Shown: piece after piece, positions 35,633-44,648 of the stretch
Layout: the number at the start of each line of letters is the position of its first letter
How positions within the stretch are numbered: position 1 is the first letter of the stretch
DNA from: Acidimicrobiales bacterium
GTDB lineage: Bacteria > Actinomycetota > Acidimicrobiia > Acidimicrobiales > JAUTXP01
NCBI GenBank assembly: GCA_035651095.1
Contig: DASRGI010000089.1
Coordinates: forward strand, 1-60,056
DNA: 60,056 nt
Direction of reading: 5' to 3'
Translations under genes and position numbers: made by a program
Notes under the pieces: generated by a model
Databases searched by the model: none
What the model was told of the DNA's origin: nothing
The model's input: the letters and a program-made list of their open reading frames with translations, nothing else

Positions 35633-38600
35633 ATGATGCGAAAGCTGATCGCGGCGTGGCCGGCGGCCCGGCAGCTGTCCGGCGACCTGTTGGGGCTGGG
35701 CAAGGCGGTGAAGTCGGAGCGGTACGAGCAGCTGATGCCCCGCACGGCCGAGGCCGACGCCGTCGTGCGCTCGGTGTGCCCGTACTGCGCCGTGGGCTGC
35801 GGCCAGCGGGTGTTCGTCCAGGACGGGCGGATAACGCAGATCGAGGGCGACCCCGACAGCCCCATCTCCCGGGGCCGGCTCTGCCCGAAGGGGTCGGCTA
35901 CCAAGAGCCTGGTCACCAACCCCGCCCGTGAGTACAAGGTGAAGTACCGCCGGCCCCATGGCACCGAGTGGGAGGAGCTCCCCCTCGACCGGGCCATGGA
36001 CATGATCGCCGACCGGGTGCTCGCCACCCGCGAGGCCACTTGGCAGGAGAACGACCCCGACCATCCGGAGTGGGCCCACCTGCGGCGCACCCTCGGTTTC
36101 GCCAGCCTCGGAGGAGCGACCCTCGACAACGAGGAGAACTACCTCATGAAGAAGCTGTACACGGCTCTGGGAGCCATCCAGATCGAGAACCAGGCCCGCA
36201 TATGACACTCCTCCACCGTGCCCAGTTTGGGTACCTCGTTCGGTAGGGGCGGCGCCACCACGTTCCAGCAGGACCTGGCCAACAGCGACTGCATCGTGAT
36301 CATGGGTTCGAACATGGCGGAGTGCCACCCAGTGGGCTTCCAGTGGGTGATGGAGGCGCGCCAACGGGGCGCCACCGTCATCCACGTCGACCCCCGGTTC
36401 ACGCGCACGAGCGCGGTGTCCGACGTGCATGTCCCCATCCGGGCCGGGTCGGACATCGCCTTCCTCGGGGCCATCGTCAACTACATCCTCGAGAACGGCC
36501 GCGAGTTCCGCGAGTACGTCGAGCACTACACCAACGCGTCCCTCATCGTCCGGGAGGATTTCAAGGACACCGAGGATCTCGACGGCATCTTCTCGGGCTG
36601 GGACCCGGAGGAGGCCCAGTACGAGGTCGAGTCGTGGCAGTACGAAGGCGTGGAGACGCCGGCGACGGCCCACCATGGCGAGTCCGATGCTGCGCTGGGG
36701 GAGCGCCACGGCAGCCACGGTGGCCAGACCGGTGGTCTGCCCCGCCGCCTGGACCCCACGCTCCAGCACCCGCGCTGCGTGTTCCAGCTCCTGAAGAAGC
36801 ACTTCGCCCGCTACACGCCCGAGGTGGTGGAGGAGCTGTGCGGCGTCCCCCGCGACCGGTTCCTCCAGGTGGCCGAGGCGCTGTGTGACAACTCCGGCCG
36901 CGACCGCACCTCGGCCTTCTGCTACGCCGTGGGCTGGACCCAGCACTCGGTGGGCGTCCAGTACATCCGCACTGCGGCCATCATCCAGCTCCTGCTCGGG
37001 AACATCGGCCGGCCCGGCGGCGGCATCCTCGCCCTGCGGGGCCACGCCAGCATCCAGGGCTCCACCGACATCCCCACGCTCTACAACATCCTGCCCGGCT
37101 ACCTCCCCATGCCCCATGGCATGGAGGGCCCGGACCTGGCCGGCTACCTCGACATCAACGCGTCCAAGACCGGCTTCTGGGCCCACATGGGCGAATACTT
37201 CGTGAGCCTGCTGAAGGCCTGGTGGGGTGACGCAGCTACGGCCGAGAACGACTTCTGCTTCGACTACCTGCCGCGTATCACGGGCGACCACTCCACCTAC
37301 CAGACCGTCACCGACATGGCCGACGGCAAGGTGCAGGGCTTCTTCGTCGTGGGCGAGAACCCGGCCGTGGGCTCGGCCAACTCCAAGCTCCACCGGTTGG
37401 CCTTGGCCCAGCTCGACTGGCTGGTGGTGCGCGACTTCGTGGAGATCGAAACGGCGTCGTTCTGGTACGACGGCCCCGAGATCGACACGGGTGAGCTGCG
37501 CACGCAGGACATCAAGACCGAGGTGTTCTTGATGCCGGCGGCCACCCACACGGAGAAGGACGGCACATTCACCAACACGCAGCGCCTGTTGCAGTGGCAC
37601 CACAAGGCGGTCGAGCCCCAGGGGGACTGCCGGTCCGACCTCTGGTTCTACTTCCACCTGGGCCGCATCATCCGGGAGAAGCTGGCCGGGTCGACCGACC
37701 CCAAGGACCGCCCCATCCTCGACCTCACGTGGGACTACCCGACCATCGGCGACATCGCCGAGCCCGACGCCGAGGCCGTGCTCCGGGAGATCAACGGGTG
37801 GGGTCCCGACGGGCGCACGCTGTCGAGCTACACGGAGATGAAGGCGGACGGGTCGACGGCGGGCGGCTGCTGGATCTACTGCGGCTGCTATGCCGACGAG
37901 ACCAACCAGACGGCCCGGCGCAAGCCTGGCCAGGACCAGAACTGGGTCGCGCCCGAGTGGGGATGGGCGTGGCCGTCCAACCGGCGCACGCTCTACAACC
38001 GGGCGTCGGCCGACCCCGAGGGCAAGCCCTGGTCGGAGCGCAAGCGGTACGTGTGGTGGGACGAGGAACAGGAGCGCTGGACGGGTTACGACGTCCCCGA
38101 CTTCGAGGCCACCAAGCGGCCCGACTACCGCCCGGCCCAGGATGCCACTGGGGAAGCGGCCATCGCCGGCGACGCCCCCTTCATCATGCAGGGCGACGGG
38201 CTGGGCTGGCTGTTCGTGCCCAACGGCCTGAAGGACGGGCCCCTGCCCACCCACTACGAGCCCCACGAATCGCCGTTCCGGAACCCCCTCTACTCGCAGC
38301 AGTCCAACCCGGCGCGCCTGCAGAAGTGGCGCAAGGACAACCGGTACAACCCCACCGACGGCGAGCCCGGCGCCGACGTGTTCCCGTACGTCATGACCAC
38401 CTACCGGGTGACCGAACAGCACACCGCCGGTGGCATGAGCCGATTCATCAATTATCTTTCCGAACTGCAACCGGAGATGTTCTGCGAGGTCAGCCCGCAA
38501 CTGGCGGCCGAGCGGGGTCTCACCCACGGGGAGTTCGCCACCATCATCACGTCCCGGACGGCCATCGAGGCGCGAGTGCTGGTGACCGACCGCGTCGCCC

Positions 38601-38836
38601 CCCTCACCGTGCAGGGACGCACCCTGCACCAGGTAGGCCTGCCCTACCACTGGGGCCAGCGGGGACTCTCCAAGGGCGACTCGGCCAACGACCTGTTCCC
38701 GCTCGCCCTCGACCCCAACGTGCACATCCAAGAGGTCAAGGCGGCGACGTGCGACGTGCGCCCGGGCCGCCGCCCCCGCGGTGCCGCCCTGCTGGCGCTG
38801 GTCGAGGAGTACCGGGCCCGGGCGGGGGTGCTGTGA
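35633..38836 (+). CDS. fdnG: formate dehydrogenase-N-type catalytic subunit, selenocysteine-containing (TGA 36203-36205 read as Sec)
   Basis: Track ORFs 35336-36205 and 36218-38836 are one frame joined across a TGA: ..IQIENQARI-U-HSSTVPSLGTSFGRGGAT... Also CPYCAVGCG (4Fe-4S), HYTNASLIVREDF, YAVGWTQHSVG, ALRGHASIQGSTD. ATG at 35633. Confidence 0.85.
36203..36248 (+). promoter_or_regulatory. Sec codon plus candidate SECIS hairpin
   Basis: 12 nt after the UGA, GUGCCCA-GUU-UGGGUAC (36218-36234) forms a 7-bp stem. It can be extended by CCACC (36213-36217) pairing with GGUAGG (36243-48) with a bulged A. Hand fold only. Confidence 0.4.
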
Positions 38837-39666
38837 CCGTGATCGACCCGGCCGCCCTCTCCGGGTACGACGTCCACCCACCGCGGGTGGGCTTCTTCAC
38901 CGACACCACGCTCTGCATCGGGTGCAAGGCGTGCGAGGTGGCGTGCAAGGAGTGGAACGGCGTACCCGACGACGGGCTCAACTGGCTCACGTCGTCGTAC
39001 GACCACACCGGCGCCCTGGGGGCCAACACCTGGCGCCACGTGGCCTTCATCGAGAAGCAGGCGCCCGCGGGCGAGGGCCCGGCGGGCGAGGGCACCGCCG
39101 GCGTGCAGTGGCTGATGTCGTCCGACGTGTGCAAGCACTGCACGTCGGCTGCATGCCTGGACGTGTGCCCCACCGGCTCGCTCATGCGCACCGAGTTCGG
39201 CACTGTCGTCGTCCAGCAGGACATCTGCAACGGGTGCGGGTACTGCGTGCCCGCCTGCCCGTTCGGTGTCATCGACCGGCGCCACGACGACGGCCGGGTG
39301 TGGAAGTGCACTCTCTGCTACGACCGCCTGAAGAACGACCTCGAACCGGCCTGCGCCCAGGCCTGCCCCACGAAGTCGATCCAGTTCGGGCCGCTCGACG
39401 AGTTGCGGGTGCGGGCCCATGATCGGGTGGCCAAGCTGCACGATGCCGGCACGGTCGACGCCCGGCTGTACGGCGCCGGTGACGGCGATGGCGTGGGCGG
39501 CATGGGAGCGTTCTTCCTCCTGCTCGACGACCCCGAGGTCTACGGCCTCCCGCCCGATCCGGTGGTCACCACCCGCGACCTGCCTGACATGTGGCTGACG
39601 GCGGGCAAGGCGGCGGCCGCCTTCGCCGTGGGTGTGGTGGCCATGTTCGTGGGCCGGCGGCGGTGA
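38833..39666 (+). CDS. fdnH: formate dehydrogenase iron-sulfur (4x[4Fe-4S]) subunit with C-terminal TM anchor
   Basis: The GTG at 38833 overlaps the alpha-subunit stop (GTGA). Cys clusters CIGCKACEVACK, CKHCTSAAC..CP, CNGCGYCVPACP, CTLCYDR..ACAQACP. Tail: AAAFAVGVVAMFVGRRR. Confidence 0.85.
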   Translation: MTVIDPAALSGYDVHPPRVGFFTDTTLCIGCKACEVACKEWNGVPDDGLNWLTSSYDHTGALGANTWRHVAFIEKQAPAGEGPAGEGTAGVQWLMSSDVCKHCTSAACLDVCPTGSLMRTEFGTVVVQQDICNGCGYCVPACPFGVIDRRHDDGRVWKCTLCYDRLKNDLEPACAQACPTKSIQFGPLDELRVRAHDRVAKLHDAGTVDARLYGAGDGDGVGGMGAFFLLLDDPEVYGLPPDPVVTTRDLPDMWLTAGKAAAAFAVGVVAMFVGRRR

Positions 39667-40583
39667 GCCCCAGAGGCGGGGTGGAGCGGGCCATGGTCCC
39701 GCCCGCCGAACCTCGTTCGTACTACGGCCGGCCCATCCTCAAGAAGCCGGTGTGGGAGTGGTTCATCCCCGCCTACTTCTTCTCGGGTGGCCTGGCGGGG
39801 GCGTCGTCGGCCTTGGCGTTCGGCGCCCGTCTCACCGGCCGCACGCGGCTGGCCCGCCGGGCCCGGCTCACCTCGCTGGCCGCGGTGAGCGCCAGCACGT
39901 ACTTCCTGGTGGCCGACCTGGGCCGGCCCGAGCGCTTCGTCAACATGCTGCGGGTAGCCAAGCCCACCAGTCCCATGAGCGTGGGCAGCTGGATCCTGGC
40001 CGGATTCGGTCCCGCGTCAGGCGTGGCCGCGGCCACCGACGTGCTCGGCATCCTGCCCGGCGTGGGCGCGGTGGCCGAGGCCGGGGCCGCCATCCTGTCG
40101 CCTGCCCTCACCACCTACACCGGCGTGCTGGTGGCCAACACCGCCATCCCCGCGTGGCACGAGGCCCGCCACGAGCTGCCGTGGCTGTTCGCCGCCGGGT
40201 CGGCGGCCAGCGCCGGCGGGATCGTGGCCGCTCTGGCGCCTCCCCAGGAAGCGGGCCCGGCCCGGCGCATGGCCGTCGCCGGAGCCGCGGCCGAGCTCAT
40301 CGCCGCCGACCGCATGGAGAGGCAGTCGGGCGAGTGGGGCGAGGTGTACCGCGAGGGCAGGGCCGGCCGGTACAGCTGCCTGTCGCGCTGGTGCACGGGC
40401 GTGGGCGCGCTGGTCATGCTGCTGCTGGGCCGGCGGCGGCCGGGCGCGGTGGTGGGCGGCACCCTGGTGGCGGTGGGCGCCGCCTTCCAGCGCTTCGCGG
40501 TGGCGGCCGCGGGGGAGCAGTCGGCCGAGGACCCTCGCCATGTGGTGGGACCGCAGCGGGCTCGGGTCTCGGCGCCGAGCTAG
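39663..40583 (+). CDS. NrfD/PsrC-like polytopic membrane anchor subunit
   Basis: The GTG at 39663 overlaps the beta-subunit stop (GTGA). ..YYGRPILKKPVWEWFIPAYFFSGGLAG.., ..DLGRPERF.., about 8 TM helices. It is not a cytochrome b556 (FdnI)-type sequence. Confidence 0.7.
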   Translation: MSPRGGVERAMVPPAEPRSYYGRPILKKPVWEWFIPAYFFSGGLAGASSALAFGARLTGRTRLARRARLTSLAAVSASTYFLVADLGRPERFVNMLRVAKPTSPMSVGSWILAGFGPASGVAAATDVLGILPGVGAVAEAGAAILSPALTTYTGVLVANTAIPAWHEARHELPWLFAAGSAASAGGIVAALAPPQEAGPARRMAVAGAAAELIAADRMERQSGEWGEVYREGRAGRYSCLSRWCTGVGALVMLLLGRRRPGAVVGGTLVAVGAAFQRFAVAAAGEQSAEDPRHVVGPQRARVSAPS

Positions 40584-40699
40584 TCCTGCTCCTCGCCGAT
40601 CTCCTCCCCCTCCTCCGACCTGCCCTCTTCCATCAGGTCCTGCTCGAGCTCCTCCCGGTGGGTGACGGGATCGTCCTCGGGGTCGTGTACGTCGGTCAT
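40580..40699 (-). CDS. candidate 39-aa highly acidic peptide (below track cutoff)
   Basis: MTDVHDPEDDPVTHREELEQDLMEEGRSEEGEEIGEEQD*. SD AAGAGGA 5 nt upstream of the ATG at 40699 and strongly GC-biased third positions. I recognise no homology. Confidence 0.35.
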   Translation of the reverse strand: MTDVHDPEDDPVTHREELEQDLMEEGRSEEGEEIGEEQD

Positions 40700-40751
40700 G
40701 GCATCCTCTTACCCACACCGGGCGAGGGGGTCGAACCCGGCCAGGCCTCGG

Positions 40752-41735
40752 CTAGGCCAGGGCGGCGGTGATGACCTCGCCGGCGAACGCCACCTGCTCG
40801 AGATCGTGGCCGTCGAGGGGCATGTTGAACGTCACGCCGTCGAGGCCCATGCCCAGGAGCCCATGGATGTGCTCGGTGACGTGGTCGGGGTCGCCCACGT
40901 AGAAGCGCCCGTCGAGCATGGCCTTGGTCGCGTCGTCGAGCGTGTTCCAGTCGACCCCGCGTGACGCCAGCAGCTGGGCCCGCTTGTCCGTGGCTTCATC
41001 CATGGTGCGGCCCAGGACGAGGGTGCCGAGCACCGTCTTGTTGATGGTGCCCATGTCCCGGCCCACGTCCGAGCAGTGCTTGGCCAGCACCTCCAGCTTG
41101 TGGGGCACTTCCTGCCGGGCGGCCAGGAGGTTGAGCATGTCGGCGTGCTGGGCGGCCAGGCGCAGGGTCTTGCGCTCGCCGCTCCCGCCGATCATCACCG
41201 GCGGACCTCCCGGCCGCACCGGCGCCGGCGAGTTGATGGCGTCCCGCACGCGGTAGTGCTTGCCCTCGAACGTGGGCCGCTCGCCGCGGAACATGGCCCG
41301 GGTGATGTGGAGGGCCTCCTCCAGGCGCTCGAAGCGCTCGGCCACGGGCGGGAAGTCGACACCCAGCGCCTGGTGCTCGGCTTCGTACCAGGCGGCGCCG
41401 ATGCCCAGGAAGGCTCGGCCGCCGGACACCACGTCGAGGGTGGTGACCTCCTTGGCCAGGATGGCCGGGTTCCGGTACGTGACCCCGGTGACCAGCGTGC
41501 CCAGGTTGACCCGGGACGTGCGGGCGGCCAGGGCACCGAGGAGGGTGTAGGCCTCGAACATCTCGTTGGTGGGCGGACCCAGCTGGGGCAGCTGGTAGAA
41601 GTGGTCCATCACCATCACGGTGTCGAAGCCGGATTCCTCCGCGGTACGAGCGATGGCCGACACCCGCTCGAAGAGCTCGGCGCCGGCCACGCCGGGATAC
41701 GTGAAGTTGGGGATCTGCAAACCGGCTCGGATCAT
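40752..41735 (-). CDS. LLM-class (luciferase-like) F420-dependent oxidoreductase
   Basis: 327 aa. ..GFDTVMVMDHFYQ.., ..LGTLVTGVTYRNPA.., ..GGRAFLGIGAAW.., ..PVMIGGSGERKTLRLAA... Confidence 0.8.
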   Translation of the reverse strand: MIRAGLQIPNFTYPGVAGAELFERVSAIARTAEESGFDTVMVMDHFYQLPQLGPPTNEMFEAYTLLGALAARTSRVNLGTLVTGVTYRNPAILAKEVTTLDVVSGGRAFLGIGAAWYEAEHQALGVDFPPVAERFERLEEALHITRAMFRGERPTFEGKHYRVRDAINSPAPVRPGGPPVMIGGSGERKTLRLAAQHADMLNLLAARQEVPHKLEVLAKHCSDVGRDMGTINKTVLGTLVLGRTMDEATDKRAQLLASRGVDWNTLDDATKAMLDGRFYVGDPDHVTEHIHGLLGMGLDGVTFNMPLDGHDLEQVAFAGEVITAALA

Positions 41736-41771
41736 GCGACCCGTTCTAGCCGGTCTTCGAGAGGAGTCGGC

Positions 41772-42632
41772 TCAGTCGCCGCCGCCGGACTTCCCGGAGA
41801 CGGAGCCGGCGCTGCTGTTCGAGCCGCCCGACTCGCCGGAGTCGCCGTGGTGGTCGCCGCCACTGTCGCCGTTCTGATGCTCGACCTCGGTGGTCGACGT
41901 GGTGCTGGCGTGCTCGCCCGCACCCTCGTTCTCGTGCTCGGCGGCGTGCTCGTTCTCGTGCTGGTCCTCGACGGCATTGCCCGGTCCCTGGTTCACACTG
42001 CCGGGGCCCTGGTTCTGGTCGTGCTCCTGCTCCACCTCGGGCTTCTCGGTGGTGAGCCTCGTGGAGGTCGACGTGGAGGTCGTCGACGTGGTGGAGGTCG
42101 ACGACGTGGTGGAGGTCGTCCCGTCGGGGTCGTTGACCTCCTGGGCGCGGGCGTTGGCGTGGTCGTCGGGGCCGGGCACGCTGATGCCGATGTGGGACAG
42201 CGTGCGTGACGCAGCCGACTGGGCCGGCCCGGGCAGGGCACCGGCTGCGGCCAGGCCGCTGGTGAGGGTGAGACCGGCGACGACGCCGGCAGCGGCGAGC
42301 TTGGCAGAGCGGGCGTTGGACAGCATGCGGATCCTCCACGAGGGATTCGGGCACGAGGGATTCGGGCACGAGGGGTTCGGGGCGGTTGGAGATGCCTCGA
42401 TGCCGTACCCCGCAGCCGTGAAGGCCACCACCGCGGCCGCTTCGCCCCGGAGTTCCGCCGGATCGGCCGGGGCGGTGACCGCCGCCAGCAACTGGGCCAC
42501 GCCGGCATAGGCGGAGGGGGCGTCGTCCGGATCCAGACCTGCGAGCAGTCGATCGGTGGTGCTCGGATCGACGTCGAGGGGATCGAACGGGGTATCGGGC
42601 ATCTCGGGGAAGGAAGCGCCGAACCACCCCAT
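41772..42632 (-). CDS. putative anti-sigma factor (RsdA-like N-terminus, one TM helix, acidic His-rich exodomain)
   Basis: It starts 5 nt after the ECF sigma stop. ..DVDPSTTDRLLAGLDPDDAPSAYAGVAQLLAAV.., TM helix AKLAAAGVVAGLTLTSGLAAAG, then Ser/Thr and E/H/D/G-rich low complexity. Confidence 0.45.
   Translation of the reverse strand: MGWFGASFPEMPDTPFDPLDVDPSTTDRLLAGLDPDDAPSAYAGVAQLLAAVTAPADPAELRGEAAAVVAFTAAGYGIEASPTAPNPSCPNPSCPNPSWRIRMLSNARSAKLAAAGVVAGLTLTSGLAAAGALPGPAQSAASRTLSHIGISVPGPDDHANARAQEVNDPDGTTSTTSSTSTTSTTSTSTSTRLTTEKPEVEQEHDQNQGPGSVNQGPGNAVEDQHENEHAAEHENEGAGEHASTTSTTEVEHQNGDSGGDHHGDSGESGGSNSSAGSVSGKSGGGD
42338..42382 (-). repeat. 3 x 15-bp in-frame tandem repeat (NPSCP NPSCP NPS)
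   Basis: Plus strand: cacgagggattcggg x2, then cacgaggggttcggg. Confidence 0.9.
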
Positions 42633-42636
42633 CCCG

Positions 42637-43206
42637 TTACACCTCCGTCCTCTCGACGACGGCGAGGATCTCGGCCAGGCGCCGCAATCCCCGGTGGGCC
42701 AGCACCCGCACGGCCCCTGCCGTCTTGCCCGTGATGTCCGCCACCTGGCTCACGTCCAGGCCGGCCACCGCCCGCAGGAGCACGACCTCGGCCTGGTCGG
42801 GCGGGAGCAGGGCGACCAGGCGAATGGCCTCGGCCGTGCCCTGGCTCGTTTCGGTCGTGGCCGCCGGGTCGTCGCCGTCGCCCCGGGCGCGGAGCTGCGC
42901 CATCTCCTCGGTGGGCACGGGGTCTGCCAGCCGGCGGGCCGCCGCCCGCTGCCAGTCGAACAGCCGGTGCCGGGCCATGGTGAACACCCAGCCCCGGAAC
43001 GCGCCCTCGTCCCCGCGGAACCGGCCCAGGCCCTTTGCCACGTCGACCCAGGTCTCCCCGGCCACGTCGTCAGCCGCCTCCGCCGACATGACCCGCAGGT
43101 ACCGGAGCAGGCGCGGCTGGGTGGCACGGAAGATGGCGGCGAAGGCCGCTTCGTCACCCGTCTGGGCGGCTGCCAGGAGCTCGGAGAACGGCGAGAGAAC
43201 CACCAC
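42637..43206 (-). CDS. ECF (group 4) sigma-70 factor
   Basis: 189 aa. Region 2 ..DDVAGETWVDVAKGLGRFRGDEGAFRGWVFTMARHRLFDW.. and region 4 ..LPPDQAEVVLLRAVAGLDVSQVADITGKTAGAVRVLAHRGLRRL... Confidence 0.85.
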   Translation of the reverse strand: MVVLSPFSELLAAAQTGDEAAFAAIFRATQPRLLRYLRVMSAEAADDVAGETWVDVAKGLGRFRGDEGAFRGWVFTMARHRLFDWQRAAARRLADPVPTEEMAQLRARGDGDDPAATTETSQGTAEAIRLVALLPPDQAEVVLLRAVAGLDVSQVADITGKTAGAVRVLAHRGLRRLAEILAVVERTEV

Positions 43207-43270
43207 CAGTCGTCATCGGCACAACGCCGGGATCTACTGAGGGCGGCTCAAATTACTCCAATCGGCTCCT

Positions 43271-43322
43271 CCGGCCCGCTACCCCAACCAGCTACGCCGG
43301 CCCGGCTACCCCAACCAGCTAC
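43271..43322 (-). repeat. 27-bp tandem duplication that copies the last four codons plus the stop of the S53 gene
   Basis: Minus strand: ..AGC TGG TTG GGG TAG CCG GGC CGG CGT AGC TGG TTG GGG TAG = SWLG* PGRR SWLG*. Confidence 0.9.
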
Positions 43323-44484
43323 CCCTCCCCGAGCACAGGTCGAACCCGGTGAGGCAGGGGGCGCCGTTGTTGCCGACGGTGATGTCGCGGTAGGTGATGG
43401 TCGAGCCGTAGACGGTCGCGGCATTGACCACCGCACCCGACACCGCCGCCCGCCCGGCCCACATGGGCGACGAGGCGCTGGTGCCGCCGACCGTGAACCA
43501 GCCCGAGCGATTCAGGTACGGCGTGCTGTCGTACACCGACACGCCTGACGCCGGGTCGGCGTCGAGGGAGACGTCCGGCGTGGCCCGCTTGCCGTTGCAG
43601 CCCGCCTGGGCGTACTGGCTGAACGCGGCCTGCGCCGGCGTGGCCGTCTCGTAGACGCTGCAGCCGCCACCACCGGCCGACCACCCGGTCTCGGTGACGC
43701 TCGGCGTGCCCGCGTTGGTGAGGGTGGTGCCGCCCACGGAGATGACGTTGGGCGACGACGACGGGTATTCAGCCGGGAGCCCGGCGTCACCCGCGGACAC
43801 GAAGATGCTCACGCCCGGTTGCGAGAAGTGGGGGTCGTACGCGGTCTCGCCGCTGAACTCGCCGGCGCCCCAACTGTTCGACACATACCGCGCGTGGGTG
43901 CGGGCGTAGTCCTCGGCGGCCAGCAGGTTGGCGAAGCTGTTGCTGCTCGCCTCGACCAGAAGGATGGTGGCGCCCGGTGCGATGGCGTGGGCCCACTCCA
44001 CGTCGAGGGATATCTCCAGGGCCCAACCACTGTTGGCCCTGGGCAGCCGCGAGCCCCCGGTCTGGTTCACCTTCTTGAAGCAGGGGTTGGCGCTATTGCA
44101 GAGGGGCAGCCCGTACTGGCTGGAGAAGACGTTGAGATCGTTGGCGATGTTGGGCGCGTCATAGGCGTCGACGATGGCGATGGTGGTGCCCGCGCCCGCG
44201 GTCGACGACGTGGGGAAGTTGTACGACGCCTTGATCTTGGCGGGCGACAGGCCGGTGGGCGTGGTGTTGGTCACCACCGGCGACGGGTTCCGGGAGCCGT
44301 GGTCCACCACGCGCGACAGGCAGCGGGCGAACCCGGTGGGTGCCGCGGTGCAGACCGAGTGGTGGCCGCGCACGCCGTCGTCGCGTGGCGACGCGTTGGC
44401 GGGCCCGGCCAGGGTGAGGGGAACGGCGAGGGCGGGAACGGCGGAAAGAACGGCAATCGCAGCACCGGTGCGGGTGATACGCAA
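43306..44484 (-). CDS. secreted sedolisin-family (S53) serine peptidase
   Basis: ..IAIVDAYDAPNI..DL..F.., ..EISLDVEWAHAIAPGA.., ..VSAGDAG.., ..TVGGTSASSPMWAG... I chose the TTG at 44484, just before the signal peptide (AIAVLSAVPALAVPLTLAGPANA). The track ORF runs to 44619. Confidence 0.75.
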   Translation of the reverse strand: MRITRTGAAIAVLSAVPALAVPLTLAGPANASPRDDGVRGHHSVCTAAPTGFARCLSRVVDHGSRNPSPVVTNTTPTGLSPAKIKASYNFPTSSTAGAGTTIAIVDAYDAPNIANDLNVFSSQYGLPLCNSANPCFKKVNQTGGSRLPRANSGWALEISLDVEWAHAIAPGATILLVEASSNSFANLLAAEDYARTHARYVSNSWGAGEFSGETAYDPHFSQPGVSIFVSAGDAGLPAEYPSSSPNVISVGGTTLTNAGTPSVTETGWSAGGGGCSVYETATPAQAAFSQYAQAGCNGKRATPDVSLDADPASGVSVYDSTPYLNRSGWFTVGGTSASSPMWAGRAAVSGAVVNAATVYGSTITYRDITVGNNGAPCLTGFDLCSGRGSWLG

Positions 44485-44594
44485 CGTCGCCTCGTTTCGC
44501 AGGTTCGGTGGGGGCTCCGGGAGTGAGGGTAGAGCGGCCTCGGTGATTTGCCTAGGGGCGAGTTCCGGCGTCGTTGGCGTTCGCGCCGTTCCTC

Positions 44595-44613
44595 CCGTTC
44601 TGTTGCAACTGAG
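44595..44613 (+). repeat. third copy of the 19-mer CCGTTCTGTTGCAACTGAG
   Basis: Matches the two copies at 29317-29369 with at most 1 mismatch each. It lies between the HD-GYP gene and the S53 gene. Confidence 0.7.
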
Positions 44614-44648
44614 CGCCACAGACGGGCGCGCCGTGCGAAAGAACGAGC

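Noticed and set aside
35378-38881. 1167-aa ORF antisense to the formate dehydrogenase gene. Similar long shadow ORFs include 16682-18637, 8640-10244, 21854-23818, 27724-28827 and 31117+ alternative frames.
   Set aside because: They are Arg/Gly/Pro/His-rich with no protein-like motifs, and they lie exactly opposite or out of frame to genes with strong family signatures. Long stop-free shadow frames of this kind are expected in very GC-rich DNA.
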